Positions 38,109-50,345 of a stretch of DNA of 64,000 nt are shown here, one piece after another (position 1 is the stretch's first letter; each line of letters opens with the position of its first letter). This DNA is from Tubulanus polymorphus. Taxonomy: Eukaryota > Animalia > Nemertea. The translations under genes and the position numbers were made by a program. The DNA lies in assembly GCF_964204645.1 (NCBI RefSeq), contig NW_027437450.1, positions 1 to 64,000 of the forward strand. Reading direction: 5' to 3'. The notes under the pieces are model-generated. The model was given only the letters and a program-made list of their open reading frames with translations. It made no database searches and was not told the origin of the DNA.

Positions 38109-40874
38109 AAATGACGTATTTCGGTCTCAGAAAGGTCATTATCCGATTTTTCTTATGATACTGGGCCTTTTGGCGATACATATAATAATAATACTATTAA
38201 TAGTAATAATAATTTATTCAGCATAAAATCCATATAAAATATGCTCATTGGCTTTACATCATATATAAAAAGAGAACATAGAAGCAGAGAAAACTAAAAC
38301 GAATTTAGTTAAAAGCTTTCGATGGGTTTTGAACTTAGATTTAACATCGATTGAGGGATTAGATTCAATTGGACTAGGTAAAGTATTTCAGAGTACTGAG
38401 GCAGAGTACAGGAAACATTGAGGAAATTTGATCGATGCATCTTCGAAATTTCCATTGAAAACTTGATTTCTGGGAACAACGTGGCCACAAGTCGGCCATC
38501 TTGAATTTTGTGTGTAAAGATACCTATATCAACTGAATATCAAGACAATCCACCAAAGCGTCTACAAAACTTCCCAAATTGACTGGATTCCGTCTACAGA
38601 TGAACGAACAGTAACGAAAAGTGAACGCAATTTCCCGCTTGGACTTTTAAGTCCCTAATGGACTAAAAAGCGATGTATTTAATTTTGAACTCCTTCCACC
38701 CTCTTCGCTCGCATCTCCCCCTTTAAACAGCATAAAGATCGCCAAAAACACACGAATGAAGATTAGTTGAATGTTGAAAGGGGGTATGACGATAGGGATT
38801 TCAATTTTGTAACATATTTCTATAGAACATTGATTTCAACATCAAAATCGTTGACGTTGCACAATATATAAAATAGCATATACTTTTGCAGCGAACTTCG
38901 ATATTTCATCACCTGTTCTGCTTGGGATTGGAATTTTCGAAAATAACAATGGTAAAAACTCTCGGAAGCTATATTTGATTACCGGGTCTCGGTCGACTAG
39001 GTCTTTGATGAAATAACGCTATTATATTTGCACCCAAACAGTCTGTTAAAATACGCAACGTTATTTACAGACGGTACATTTTGTATATAACCACAAGCAT
39101 CAGAGGCGCAGACGACATCGAATCAACAGCGACGTGAACAGTCATCAAACCGTAAGTAATGAATCAGGGAGGAAAAGTTTGCAGAAAATTGTTCAAGCGA
39201 ATGATTTGGTTTAATTTATTTCGGTGACTTCGTGTGTCCAATGAAGACCACAACAATATTCCAAGACCATAACCGTTCTTTTTGCGCATATTAAAGCTTT
39301 TCTAGAATCTGGGCACTGTTGGGCTCGTCACAAAAAAATAATTGTGAATGATTGAGAGAGCATCTCAACATTTCGATAGTTTTTTTTCAATTAGAATAAC
39401 TCGCGGAGGGGGTTGGGATGGGGGGGGGGGTTAAGGTTTACCGCGTTATGATCACGACTACCGAATATCGAGCATTACTATATGTTTTGAGTATTAATCA
39501 AAAAGCTGCTTGTTCGGAAAAACATGCACTCTTTGTAAGCTCTTTGTTCACTTTGTAAAACATGCACTCTTTACGAGAAATTTGTAGAGGCGTTTTTGTT
39601 TATAAAGTCTCTTAGAGTTTAAAAGCTTTTAACAGATTTCTTTAATGATTTTTCAATTAAAAGTTGTGATCAAGATACATTCGTCAGAGCTTCTCTTTGA
39701 ATGTGGTCTTGGGCATGTGTCTGATCAAAGTGGGTTGGGGGAAAAACGAATAAAGACAGTTATTCTAATTGATGCGTCAACTATTTAAATCTTGGGAGAC
39801 TACCATAGTCATTGGGTTGGTGCGCGAGCTAAGACGGGTCAGTGGAGACTGGGATTGGCTACGAATGTCGTGATTGTGATATTCTCGGAGCCTCCCCTGT
39901 TGCGTGAAATCATCGATATGTGGTCGGTGAGATCGAATTCAGTAACTGATTTGGGAAAATACCATTATGCAGAAAAAGTAGGACCGTTTTGAGGCCGCTT
40001 CGAGCTTTATTGAGGGGGAGTTCTATTTCAAGAAAAAAGGCACTTTTTCACCAGGAAAAATAACACTTTCCTTAATACCATAAGCGGGGATCTTGAAATG
40101 ATTTCTCGAGTACTTGAATAAGTCATTTGTGAATGGATTCTTTTCACTTTTTTTTCATTTTCCAAAATAAAACGTGAAAATTGTAAACACATTTTGACGA
40201 AAAAGATCTTGACCCGAATTTTTTTTCACACTGACTTTTGAAGGGCACAATGAAAATGTTAGGGTTCGTTCACTACCACTGAACACCCTCGATACACGGG
40301 AAACACCCGTAACACGGTCTCTTCTCTACGTCCGAACTATCCTCGCTTGCCAGGGTTTGATTGCCTCACGGCTTAGGGGCCACCAGTCTTGGATTAAGCC
40401 AATGATATGCGATGGTTTTCACCGGCAGATTCGCTACGCATCCCTGATTGGGTACATAGACTGGTGGCCGCTTAGCGGTTCGACGGTTCCTGGCTGACAA
40501 GAGCGCACTTTTAATAACAATAACGATTTCACGCGGGGACAATACATATCTCAATTATCTGTCGGTTATTGATAAATGCCAAAACACCGAAGTGGTACCT
40601 GCAGCGAGTGAGGGTGACATCTGACGCCCATTTCGCTTTTTCATATGATAGATTATTCAATGATTCGACTGGGCGTGTTTCAGTGGGTTTTGGCATCGGA
40701 AAACGAATGAAATATCCAAACGTCTGATTTTATAATATACATGTGCGTTCATTATAGGAATCGGGCCTTAAACAGGGTGAATATAGGTTGCCGTAGAATT
40801 CGCCAGTTAATTTCTTAATGATTCAAATAGGTATCATTTGATTTAGTGAAAAGTTATTGAACGCTATCACCACG

Positions 40875-41725
40875 ATGAAGTCGATCATTGCATTATTATG
40901 TAAGTAATTCGTTATAATACTGTAATTCCATGAGTAACTCACGACTTTTTCACGATATACAATGGAGGGATTTCCCTAATTTTATGTATGTTTTTCAAGT
41001 CGTAGCGGTTGTTGGTGTCGCATTTGCGCGTTACACGGTCGAACAGTACCAGACAATGTGTAGTCAACATTGCGATAGAGAATCGGGAAGGGTCACCGAC
41101 CTGACTGAGAGAGCAAAGCTTTTACAAACTTGTAAAAGGTAAGTTAACTTTTCTAGTGATCGGTAAGATATTCTTGCCGTATAATCACTCAGCGTGTTCA
41201 TCCTACGTACGCGGGCGGCAACCAACCCCCGGCAAGCGAGGGTATGTTGTACCTAGAGGTACGTATAGATCCAATAGCTAAATGATGTCCAGATATCGTT
41301 TTGAATCTCGTCCAGGTTCAGTAGGCCATTTTCACAAAATCACGTCACTGAAAAAAAAAATTGTAAGTGCCTAGTTCTGTCGCTAGGTGGCGAATTGGGG
41401 CCATTCAAGTTTCATCGAGATCCACACACCATAAACGAAGCTAAGCATCCGAAGGACAGACACAGACGAACGAACGATACCGAGAACCAATAACGCGTCT
41501 TTTGATATCTAGCTCTAGCTTAAACCTATATTTGGGGGAGGGACACAAGTTGTAGAGGATGTTTGAATGAGAGAGATAACTAATCTTTGCATTTTCATTT
41601 TCAGCCATTGTCAGAAAACCGCAATGTGTATAAGATCAAAATGCGGCGGATCGATTCAATCTGCAGAGGATGTGTGTTTTGTGAACTGCCAGCGTGCTGC
41701 TGCACAAGCTTGCATGACTTCGTAA
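40875..41725 (+). CDS. Secreted Cys-rich protein, type A copy 3 (94 aa); join(40875..40899,41000..41138,41605..41725)
   Basis: Intact splice sites and frame; protein as A1 except M>V (SAEDVCFVNC). Confidence 0.9.
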
Positions 41726-43306
41726 ATAAACGTATTCTGCACAAATCTATCACAATTGACAGCCTGTTTCTCGTATATTTTGACTAGGGATGAATTTATG
41801 TTTTGTACTCCAACAGTAGTTTGGAATGTTAGGAGTGAGATGTTTCATCTGCCCGAAGCAGCCGAGGGCTCTGCTTCATTGGCTGCCGGGTTGTTCCATA
41901 TCGATAGAAAAATTGGATCGGTTGTCATTTTAACAAAAATCGACTGCTCGGCTGTTTTGCATTCTCGTGTTTAACATTTTCCAGGCGCCATGTTTTTTTG
42001 CTACCCGCTGGGTCCGCATGGTTGGATTTTCTTTCATATACCAATATCAAACACGCTGATATACTTACCTTTAACTCCAGGTTAAAAGGCAAAAAAAACA
42101 ACAACATAACCTTGTACTTACGTTAAAGTTTGACAATTGCATGCGATCAATAATAGTTTTACCTATACCTAAAGAAATTCTCAACTCAACAGTTGTTATT
42201 TTCACGATTAGTGTAAAACTATTTTTTTTTACAAACTGATAGAATAAGGTTCCTGATCACTCCAGACAATTTTCAACTACATTCCAAAGTTATCGTACTG
42301 GTTTACTGATTTACAAGTGCGACTGAGCCAGAATTGTTCGCAATAAAGATACTCTAATTTACACTTGCTGTGGATTCGACTAGGATGACACAACTTCACG
42401 CGAGACATGACACAAAAAAACATTGTTAAAAAAAGCTCAAAACGTTTTTCAGAATGTTTTTCGGCGAGCTTTTGATTAAGAATATCTATTGCATTTTGCA
42501 AAACGACCCGGCCGCTTAGGAGAAACAATGTATCATTTTCTAAGCCTAATGGTACGACTATGCTGGAGATATGCGAAATTGAAAGTATTTCGCTATTCCT
42601 CATAAAGAATGTCGGTCTTCGAGATGAGTTGAATGTTATGAGGAGAGGATGACGATAGGGATTTCAATTTTGTAATATGTACGGTTTGATAAGATATTGA
42701 TTTCAATATTTCATTCGGTTTTGTTTTTTAGAATATGAAATTAAGTATATTTTCCGATGAAGTTTCATTTTCGCCACCTGCCCTGCTGATGATTCATATT
42801 TCCGTACTTTCTCTTGAAAGTGGCATTTGATTACCAGATCGGTGGGTACGTTCTCCGGAGAGAGTATATTATTGATTTACACTCTGGCAGTCATCAGAGG
42901 CGCAGACAACAGCGAACATACAGAACTTTGTACGTCCAGTAAAGTCTGTGGTTTAGCTACACGATCAGGTATTTTCACAAACACAAGACCGTCAGATTAT
43001 AAAAGCTTACCATCAAACGATAGGGTAACTATCTAATGTTTTCGGAGGTTGAGGCTAGAAATATTTTCAAAAGCAATGTGCGGTACTTTTGTCTGAAATC
43101 ATCGAAAACTATATTTGAATTACTTGTATGGCCGCGATGAGGACTGATGCAGCAACCGACGCGGTCACATGACGTCACGTGTTTATTCTAAAAATAAGGC
43201 TTAAAATACGCTGATTGTAGGTTTTCATAGAAATTAGCAGTTTACTTCTTTATGATTTGTCGTTTGGTGTCACTGCAGATTTAACATATCGAACGCTATC
43301 GCCACG

Positions 43307-44347
43307 ATGAAGTCGGTCATCGCATTTTTGTGTAAGTATTTTATATTATAGAAATACTGCGATTGCGTGAGTAATTCTCGACTAACCCCTATTTTGTGAT
43401 AACTTGTGGTTGGATTTTTTTCAAGTTGTAGCAGTTCTCGGTGTCACGTTCGCGAGTTACACGGCCGAATATTACCTGAAAACGTGTAAACATCATTGCA
43501 TCACTGAATCAAATAAAATTTCTCATCACAGATGGAGGAATGTGCTGTTACGACAGTGTGAAGGGTACGTTAAGTTTTCTAGTCGGCATTTAGTAAAATA
43601 TCTCAGACGTGATCGGGTGTACACCGCTTTAATCGCTAATTCCTTATGAGGCAAGCCATAGGCAACAACGGTTACCGGGCTTAGACTCGAACCCCGACAT
43701 TCCCATGCGTTAGTTCCCGTAGTATATTTGTATTTTGTATCTAGGGCCAGTAGCTAACTATTTTTGAGATGGCGTTTTGAATTTCGATCCGTCTGCAATG
43801 TCGGTCGCTGAAAAATAAAGTTTTAAATGCCTTTTTCTGCTGCTAGGTGGCGCGCTGGGTCCATCCAAGGGTAAATAGTATATTATGTACATATTGTGTG
43901 AGCCCAGTTTCTTAAGTTTCAAAGGCTTTAATGACCGTTTACATAATTAATTGCAAATACTGTTTTTGTCCTCCATGGAAATGGTTGGAGTGTAATAAAT
44001 ATTCGTAGTATCATCAGCATCGACCCCACTGTTAACGAATCTAAAGCAACTGAAAGACAGACAAGACGGACGGACAGTACAGGGTCTCAATGAAGCCCGA
44101 AAACTATTAACGCATCTATCGATATCTAGTTCTAAATTCTGGCTTTATATAACGTATTTGCGCAAAAATAATTTGTCTATAGATTTAGATGATGTTGAAT
44201 GAGATTTCTAATCACTGAATTTATATTTTCAGCGAGTGTAAGACCATCGCTCATTGTGTTATGTTGATCTGTCCGGTAGTGATGCAGACCCAATCTGAAA
44301 TGGATAAATGTATGGGGGATTGTCTGCGTATTTTTTCGCCATTTTGA
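43307..44347 (+). CDS. Secreted Cys-rich protein, type B copy 3 (92 aa); join(43307..43331,43426..43564,44233..44347)
   Basis: Intact: MKSVIAFLFVAVLGVTFA-SYTAEYYLKTCKHHCITESNKISHHRWRNVLLRQCEGECKTIAHCVMLICPVVMQTQSEMDKCMGDCLRIFSPF*; AATAAA downstream. Confidence 0.88.
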
Positions 44348-44611
44348 ATTTGCACCGACGTTCAATAAATAATGGCTTCGTGAATAAATGTTTTCTGAAA
44401 ATCGAAGACAATTGACAACCTTTTTCTCGTGTATTTTATACTAAGATGACACAACTTCAAGCGAGACAGGAAATATGACACAACTAACATTATTTAAAAG
44501 CTCAAAAGGTTTTTTTCTTAAAAATGAAACTAGGGTCTGAAGTCTTGGGAATCGGTCTGAAATGCTGTATAGTCTGACAACGTCAATATTGTTCGCCACC
44601 TGGCCAACAAT

Positions 44612-45281
44612 CAGGGCCGTATTTAGCCCTTTTTATGGGTAGGTGCGAATTTGTGGCAAAGCGGCACTGAATTCACAGCATGCCGCGAGCGCCGCAGGCA
44701 CGAAGCCATTTTAGGGGGTCTGGGTCCCCGGAAAATTTTTTAATTCAAGGTACTCTAACGTGTATTCTGAGGGCTTTCTGGATATCTTTCTTGTCTGACA
44801 TTTTCCATCATGTATACGGCAGAATCTAAATAATGTTATATAATATGAAAATTTGATTTAATGATCATCACCTCGTGAAAATGTAATCATTAAATTGCTT
44901 CCAACCCACAGAAAACTTATCTATGCAATTAAAAAACCTCAGATCGACTCATGTAGAAAATCAGCGACTAAAGTAACGTTTATTTTTTTTCAAATCATTT
45001 GCATTTGAGGAAATAACGTCCCGTGATCAAACATTGCACAGAATCATTCTAGGCGATAAGTTCCATGCTATCTTGATCTTTTGACTGATGCCTATAAAGA
45101 TCCTGGGATAACATACCTGTTTGGTAAAATTACCAACCACATAAAGTGTAGGACATACAAACATCACATAAGGCATGGAAAATATGAAGTAAAATCTTTC
45201 GAGGACAGGAAATTTAGCGGAACTCGAACTTTTGCGGGTAGGTTCGTTCGCACCCGTCGCCCCCCCCTAAATACGGCCCTG
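44612..45281. mobile_element. Non-autonomous DNA transposon (~670 bp) with perfect 15-bp TIRs
   Basis: cagggccgtatttag ... ctaaatacggccctg. The homologous empty site is at ~56870-56925. No clean TSD seen. Confidence 0.8.
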
Positions 45282-46692
45282 ATTTACAAATATGTAATCA
45301 ACGAGCTTAAACTCGCCACTAACATACCGCTTTGAGATGGAATGTAGTTACAAAGTATGCATTTTTCAAAATCAGAAACACATTTCGAAATTTATCTCCG
45401 TAATCAAACCAACACCCAAATACATCATTCATTCATATTCCATGGATCTTCTAAACCGTACCCAAACAGGATCTACGTACTAATAATACTGTGCGAATTC
45501 TAAGTTGCCCAACGAGGCGCAGAGCATCCTCGCTTGCCAGGGTTTGATTTTCACCTGCCGAAACACACATCAACGCGAACCCTAGCCGTAAAACCTTCAT
45601 GATAACAACTAATAAAAGACCCGGGAGCCATAGAAATGAACTGATTAAGAATATCTATCGAAGTTTAGAAAAGGACCCGGCCGATTAGGAGATACAAGGT
45701 ATCATTTTTTTAGCCTAAGGGTTGTATGACTATGCCGAGATATGCGAAATTGAAAGTATGTATCACTTATTTCGTATAAAGATTGTCGGTCCCAAAAGAC
45801 GCGAATCAAGATGAGTTGGATGTACTAAGTGGAGTATATGGTAATAGGGATTTCAATTTAGTAATATGTATGGTTTTAAAGAATATCCTTTCAATATATT
45901 ATTCGATGATTTTTTAGAATATGAAATAAAGCATATTTTCCATCGTTTAATATTTCGCCACCTGCCCCGCTTAGGATTCGATTTCCGTAATACGTCATCC
46001 TAACGCTATTGAAAGTTGTATTTGATTACCAGATCGGTCGGTAAGTTCTCTGGGGGAGAGTGAATTATTGATTTACGCTCGAACAGTCCAGTCAAATTCA
46101 CTGTGTTATTCACGTTCGGTCTCTATCAACCACAGGCATCAGAGTCGCAGACGACAGCGAACATACAGATAATTGTACGTCCGTATAAAACCGTAAGTTG
46201 AATGTTATCGTAGTCAGTTACCTGTCTGTGGTTTAGTTTCACGATTGGATATTTTCAAAAACACCACCCGATTATAAAAGTTTACCACCAACGATCGGGT
46301 AACTAGCTAATGTTGTCGGAGGTTGGGGTAAGAGTCCAATGGTAAGAAAAATGTTCAAATGTTCGGTACCTTTGTCTAAAATCATCGAAAATTGTATTTG
46401 AATTACTGGGCGGTCTCGCTGATTCACGATAAACTGGCTTAACTTCAGCAAGAACGTACCTGAAATAAAAAGAATGATTTTATGCGAGGACAATGCACAT
46501 CGCAATAAATCTTTTGGTTATCAATACATGTCAAGTCAGCGATGTACCTGCATTGAGTGGTGCTTGAGTGGTATTTATCACCCTTTCCATATTTTTCTAT
46601 ATTATGTGATACATCAAATCATTCATCTGGCCTATTTTTAGTGGATATTACGATGGAAAACGAATGCTCAATCCAAGTAACTTAATCATCTG

Positions 46693-46829
46693 GGGCCAGT
46701 TCCATAGTCTTGGCTTAGACTTAAGACCAATCTAAGACCAACTTCGTTCTATAGCCAATCTAATGACTTAAGACCAGTCTTAAGATCTAAGACCACTTTG
46801 GACTTAAGTCACGACTGTTCAACTGGCCC
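46693..46829. mobile_element. PIF/Harbinger-type MITE (137 bp) upstream of the type C start codon
   Basis: TIR gggccagtt...aactggccc; 3-bp TSD CTG at 46690-46692 and 46830-46832; internal cttaagacc subrepeats. Confidence 0.8.
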
Positions 46830-46991
46830 CTGCGGCCGGTCATATGACGCGTGTTCATTCTAAAAATCGAAACTTAAATAGGCTGCATGTAGGTTTTCAT
46901 AGCAATTAGCAGTTTAGTTCTTAATGATTCCTATAGGTGTCGTTTGGTGTCACAGCAGAATTAACATATCGAACGTTACCCTATCACCACG

Positions 46992-48192
46992 ATGAAGTCG
47001 ATCATTGCATTTGTGTGTAAGTATTTTATAATAATACCGCGATTGCGTGAGTAATTCCCGACTAACTCCTATTTTATGATAACCTGCGGTTGAATTTCTT
47101 TGATTTTGTGTTTTTTAAGTCGTAGCAGTTCTCGGTGTTACGTTGGCGAATTCCACGGCCAAATATTACCTGAAAAGGTGTAAACGATATTGCGTCGCAG
47201 AATCGAAAAACATTTCTAACCTCAATTTGAGGGAAATGCTGTTACGACAGTGTAAATCGTAAGTTGAGTTTTTCTAGTCGTCATTAGTAAAATATCTCAG
47301 TCGTAATCGCTTCCTTAATGAGACAAGCCAAATAGGCGACAACCGTTCTCGGGCTTAGACTCGAACCCCGAAATTACCACGGGTTAGTGTTAGTCCCCAT
47401 TGCATTTTGGATATGTTGTACCGAGGGCCAGTAGCTAAATTTTGTCGAGATAACGTTTTGTATTTGGACACGTCTATGTCGGGGCGCTGAAAAACGGCGA
47501 GTTTTAGTGCCTAGTTCTGCCGCTAGGTGTCTCACTGGGCCCATTCTGGTTTCTTAGGCATTGAAACAACATTTCATTTTCGACTCTTAACTTACTTTCC
47601 GAATTCCGTAAAAACTACTTAAATTCAAATACATTGCGGAACATTGATGTTTTAAAAAATCCAACTTTTAAACTGGCTCAATTGATCAAATAAGGTCTAG
47701 ATGTACATAGATCCCTCCGGTAGTGTGTGTAAATAGTATGTCGTAAATAACGTTTGTTACGTTTTAAAATACTTTTATTTCCGGTTTTTGTAAATAATTG
47801 AAAATACTGTTTTTTCCCCATATACCATGGAAATGGTTGGAGTGTAATAATTATTAGTATTCGTATTCGGTCTCATCAGGATCGTCCCACTATTAAAGAA
47901 GCTAAGCAGCTGAAACACAAACGGTCAGCACATAGACTAATGGTCTCATTGAAGCCCGAGGACCAATAACGCGTCTATTGATATCTAGTCATAAGCTCTA
48001 GCTTTAGAACTTAATTTGCGCGAAGAATAAGTTGATCGATGTTGAATGAGATTTCTAATCGTTGATGGAATTTATATTTCCAGCGTTTGTAAGACCGTCG
48101 CTCCATGTATGACGTCAAACTGCCCGGAAGTGACTCATTCTGAAATGGGTAAATGTATGGTGGAATGTCAGCGTATTATGGCATCAACTTGA
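46992..48192 (+). CDS. Secreted Cys-rich protein, divergent type C (90 aa); join(46992..47016,47120..47258,48084..48192)
   Basis: No exon appears in the ORF track. Splices to MKSIIAFVFVAVLGVTLA-NSTAKYYLKRCKRYCVAESKNISNLNLREMLLRQCKSVCKTVAPCMTSNCPEVTHSEMGKCMVECQRIMAST*. All 8 Cys and all splice sites are retained despite diverged introns; AATAAA at ~48224. Confidence 0.88.
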
Positions 48193-49124
48193 ATTTGCAT
48201 CGATGTTCGAAAATGGATTCGTGAATAAATGTTTTTTTTTGGTGCAAATCTAAGGAATTCGCAACAGGTTTTGTCGTATATTTTGACTATGAATTATTTC
48301 ATTTTGTACTCTGACAGTTGTTTGGAATGGTTGGGATGAAATGTGTCATCGAAGGTTGTTTGTGGCCGAAAGTATAGGGCCCCGCTTCGGCTGCTGGTAT
48401 ACCCCATATCAATAGCAAATTTGCTGGGAATTTTTTGGGAACGAAATAATCCTTTCGTTCGAATAGTTAAACAGAGCCGAAACGATTTTCAATAATCTTC
48501 ATCATTTTTTTTAACGTAATAGTGTTTGAAACTCCTCAAAAACATTTGTAATTCTAACTTACCCTCTGGTATCTCCCTCTCTGGTCTCTGATCAAATACC
48601 TTCGATATAACACGGAAACAATCAAACAATGATTTCGATGAAATTCTTCTGAAAGATCTTAACAGCGTTATCTGCGTTAATGCAGAAAATCGACGGTCGA
48701 CTGTCCACTCACACGCGCTTTATGCCGAGCTCAACCGGTGGCCACGCGCGTATCTATGAAGATATTTTTACGAATGCAGAATCAAGAAAAATCCTCAGAT
48801 AAAACTATATCTTCAGTGAACAATTCTACATGATATCTCAAAAGATGTAATAGTTACAACCAATGACACAAAATTACCAAATTTTTGAGGCGCCTTCCTA
48901 AAAGTGACGTATTATTTTCGAATTGTAACTGTGTTCGATTGTTGCAGCCGAGAAAAATGAAATAACCTTTCTAACGATGTGTAACTTACTTTTTATATGC
49001 AAAAGGGGTGCGTGTGACAATAAATCGCGCTAAAGGTTTTAGTGTACAAACAGTTAAAATCTGTCTAACAATGCGGCACATGGAAAAAAAAACATCGAAC
49101 TTTCTAATAATGCCCTGTTTGTGG

Positions 49125-50081
49125 TTATTTGACTGGATTTCTACAGCGGATTTTCATACAGAAATATTCACGAATTTCTCGTCCCAGTAAAAGATATATG
49201 TAGAAATTGACCACGAAGTTGCCGACTAAAAACTGCATGAATATGTCGTGTAGGAAATCTCTCTGTTTCGGCGAAATTGGTAACAGCGAAATAACTGCTG
49301 ACGGGAGTAAAAATATCCCAAACGCGAGTGAAACTGTTACGAGCATTATTGTCGTACGTTTCGATCTCGTAGTTTTCTGATCGGACGAAACCATTTTTGA
49401 ACCTCTGAATAACTGAACTGTTGTAACCGAATTTGATGTTAGAATGAAAGATAACGGTACGATATGAATGTGAACGACTGTTACGGTGAAAACGATCATT
49501 TGGTCAGAAAGTTCGTAGTAACATCCACTAAAATAAAACTGGTTGGAAACGTACATCGACAAAATAGGCGTGAGGTACAGGACCAGTACATTCACTGCGA
49601 TAATTATGAATATAACAAATCTAGCGAACTTAGGTGTACATATCAAACGAGATGTGAACGGGAAGAGCACAACTGCCGCGCGTTCAAGAGTTATCGCTAC
49701 TATTAACCACGCGCTATTGCAGGCCGCGAGCGCCATTACAAATTCATAGATTTGACAACCGATCACCGAGTTAATCACGAATATTGGGCCGGTGTTTAGA
49801 CGCAATAGAACAAACTGTAAAACAGGCATCAGCGTTAGGCATTTACAGTATACGAAATCACTGGCAGACAAAACGATCAGATAGTTAGCGTAAGATAAAC
49901 CGCGGAATCGGCGACTTATCATTATCAGGAAAGTAGCCGAATTTCCGAACGCTCCGAACAGGAACACGACGGGTAGAACGACCAGTGACACGGTACGGTA
50001 GCCTCCAGATCTGTTCGCGATGGACATTAGAACGATGTGACTGTTATAAGTTCGGCCGATTTGCGTATGAGTAGAATTCAT
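49125..50081 (-). CDS. Intronless class A GPCR, peptide-receptor-like, 318 aa
   Basis: GAFGN, LSASD, GCQIY, SAWLIVAITLER, LLP and NFYIY motifs; N-terminal NST sequon; full-length relative of the four truncated fragments. Confidence 0.9.
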   Translation of the reverse strand: MNSTHTQIGRTYNSHIVLMSIANRSGGYRTVSLVVLPVVFLFGAFGNSATFLIMISRRFRGLSYANYLIVLSASDFVYCKCLTLMPVLQFVLLRLNTGPIFVINSVIGCQIYEFVMALAACNSAWLIVAITLERAAVVLFPFTSRLICTPKFARFVIFIIIAVNVLVLYLTPILSMYVSNQFYFSGCYYELSDQMIVFTVTVVHIHIVPLSFILTSNSVTTVQLFRGSKMVSSDQKTTRSKRTTIMLVTVSLAFGIFLLPSAVISLLPISPKQRDFLHDIFMQFLVGNFVVNFYIYLLLGREIREYFCMKIRCRNPVK

Positions 50082-50117
50082 GATTAATGCGGATCAAATG
50101 AGAGTATCCTGACTATG

Positions 50118-50345
50118 TGTGAGAGTGCACTGACTGTCTGAAAATGTACTGACTGTCTGAGTGTGCACCGACTGTCTGAGAGTGTACCGACTGTCTGAGA
50201 GTGTACTGACTGTCTGAGTGTGTACTGGCTGTCTGAGAATGTACTGGCGGTCGAATAGTATACTGCTAAGTTCAGGAGAGTCAACTGACTGTCTGAGAGT
50301 GTACCGACTGTCTGTGGACTCTCTGGAGAGTGCATTGACTGTCTT
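50118..50345. repeat. 19-bp minisatellite (gactgtctgagagtgtacy) immediately upstream of the 318 aa GPCR start
   Basis: About ten degenerate units; explains ORFs 50084..50335 and 50094..50396. Confidence 0.88.
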
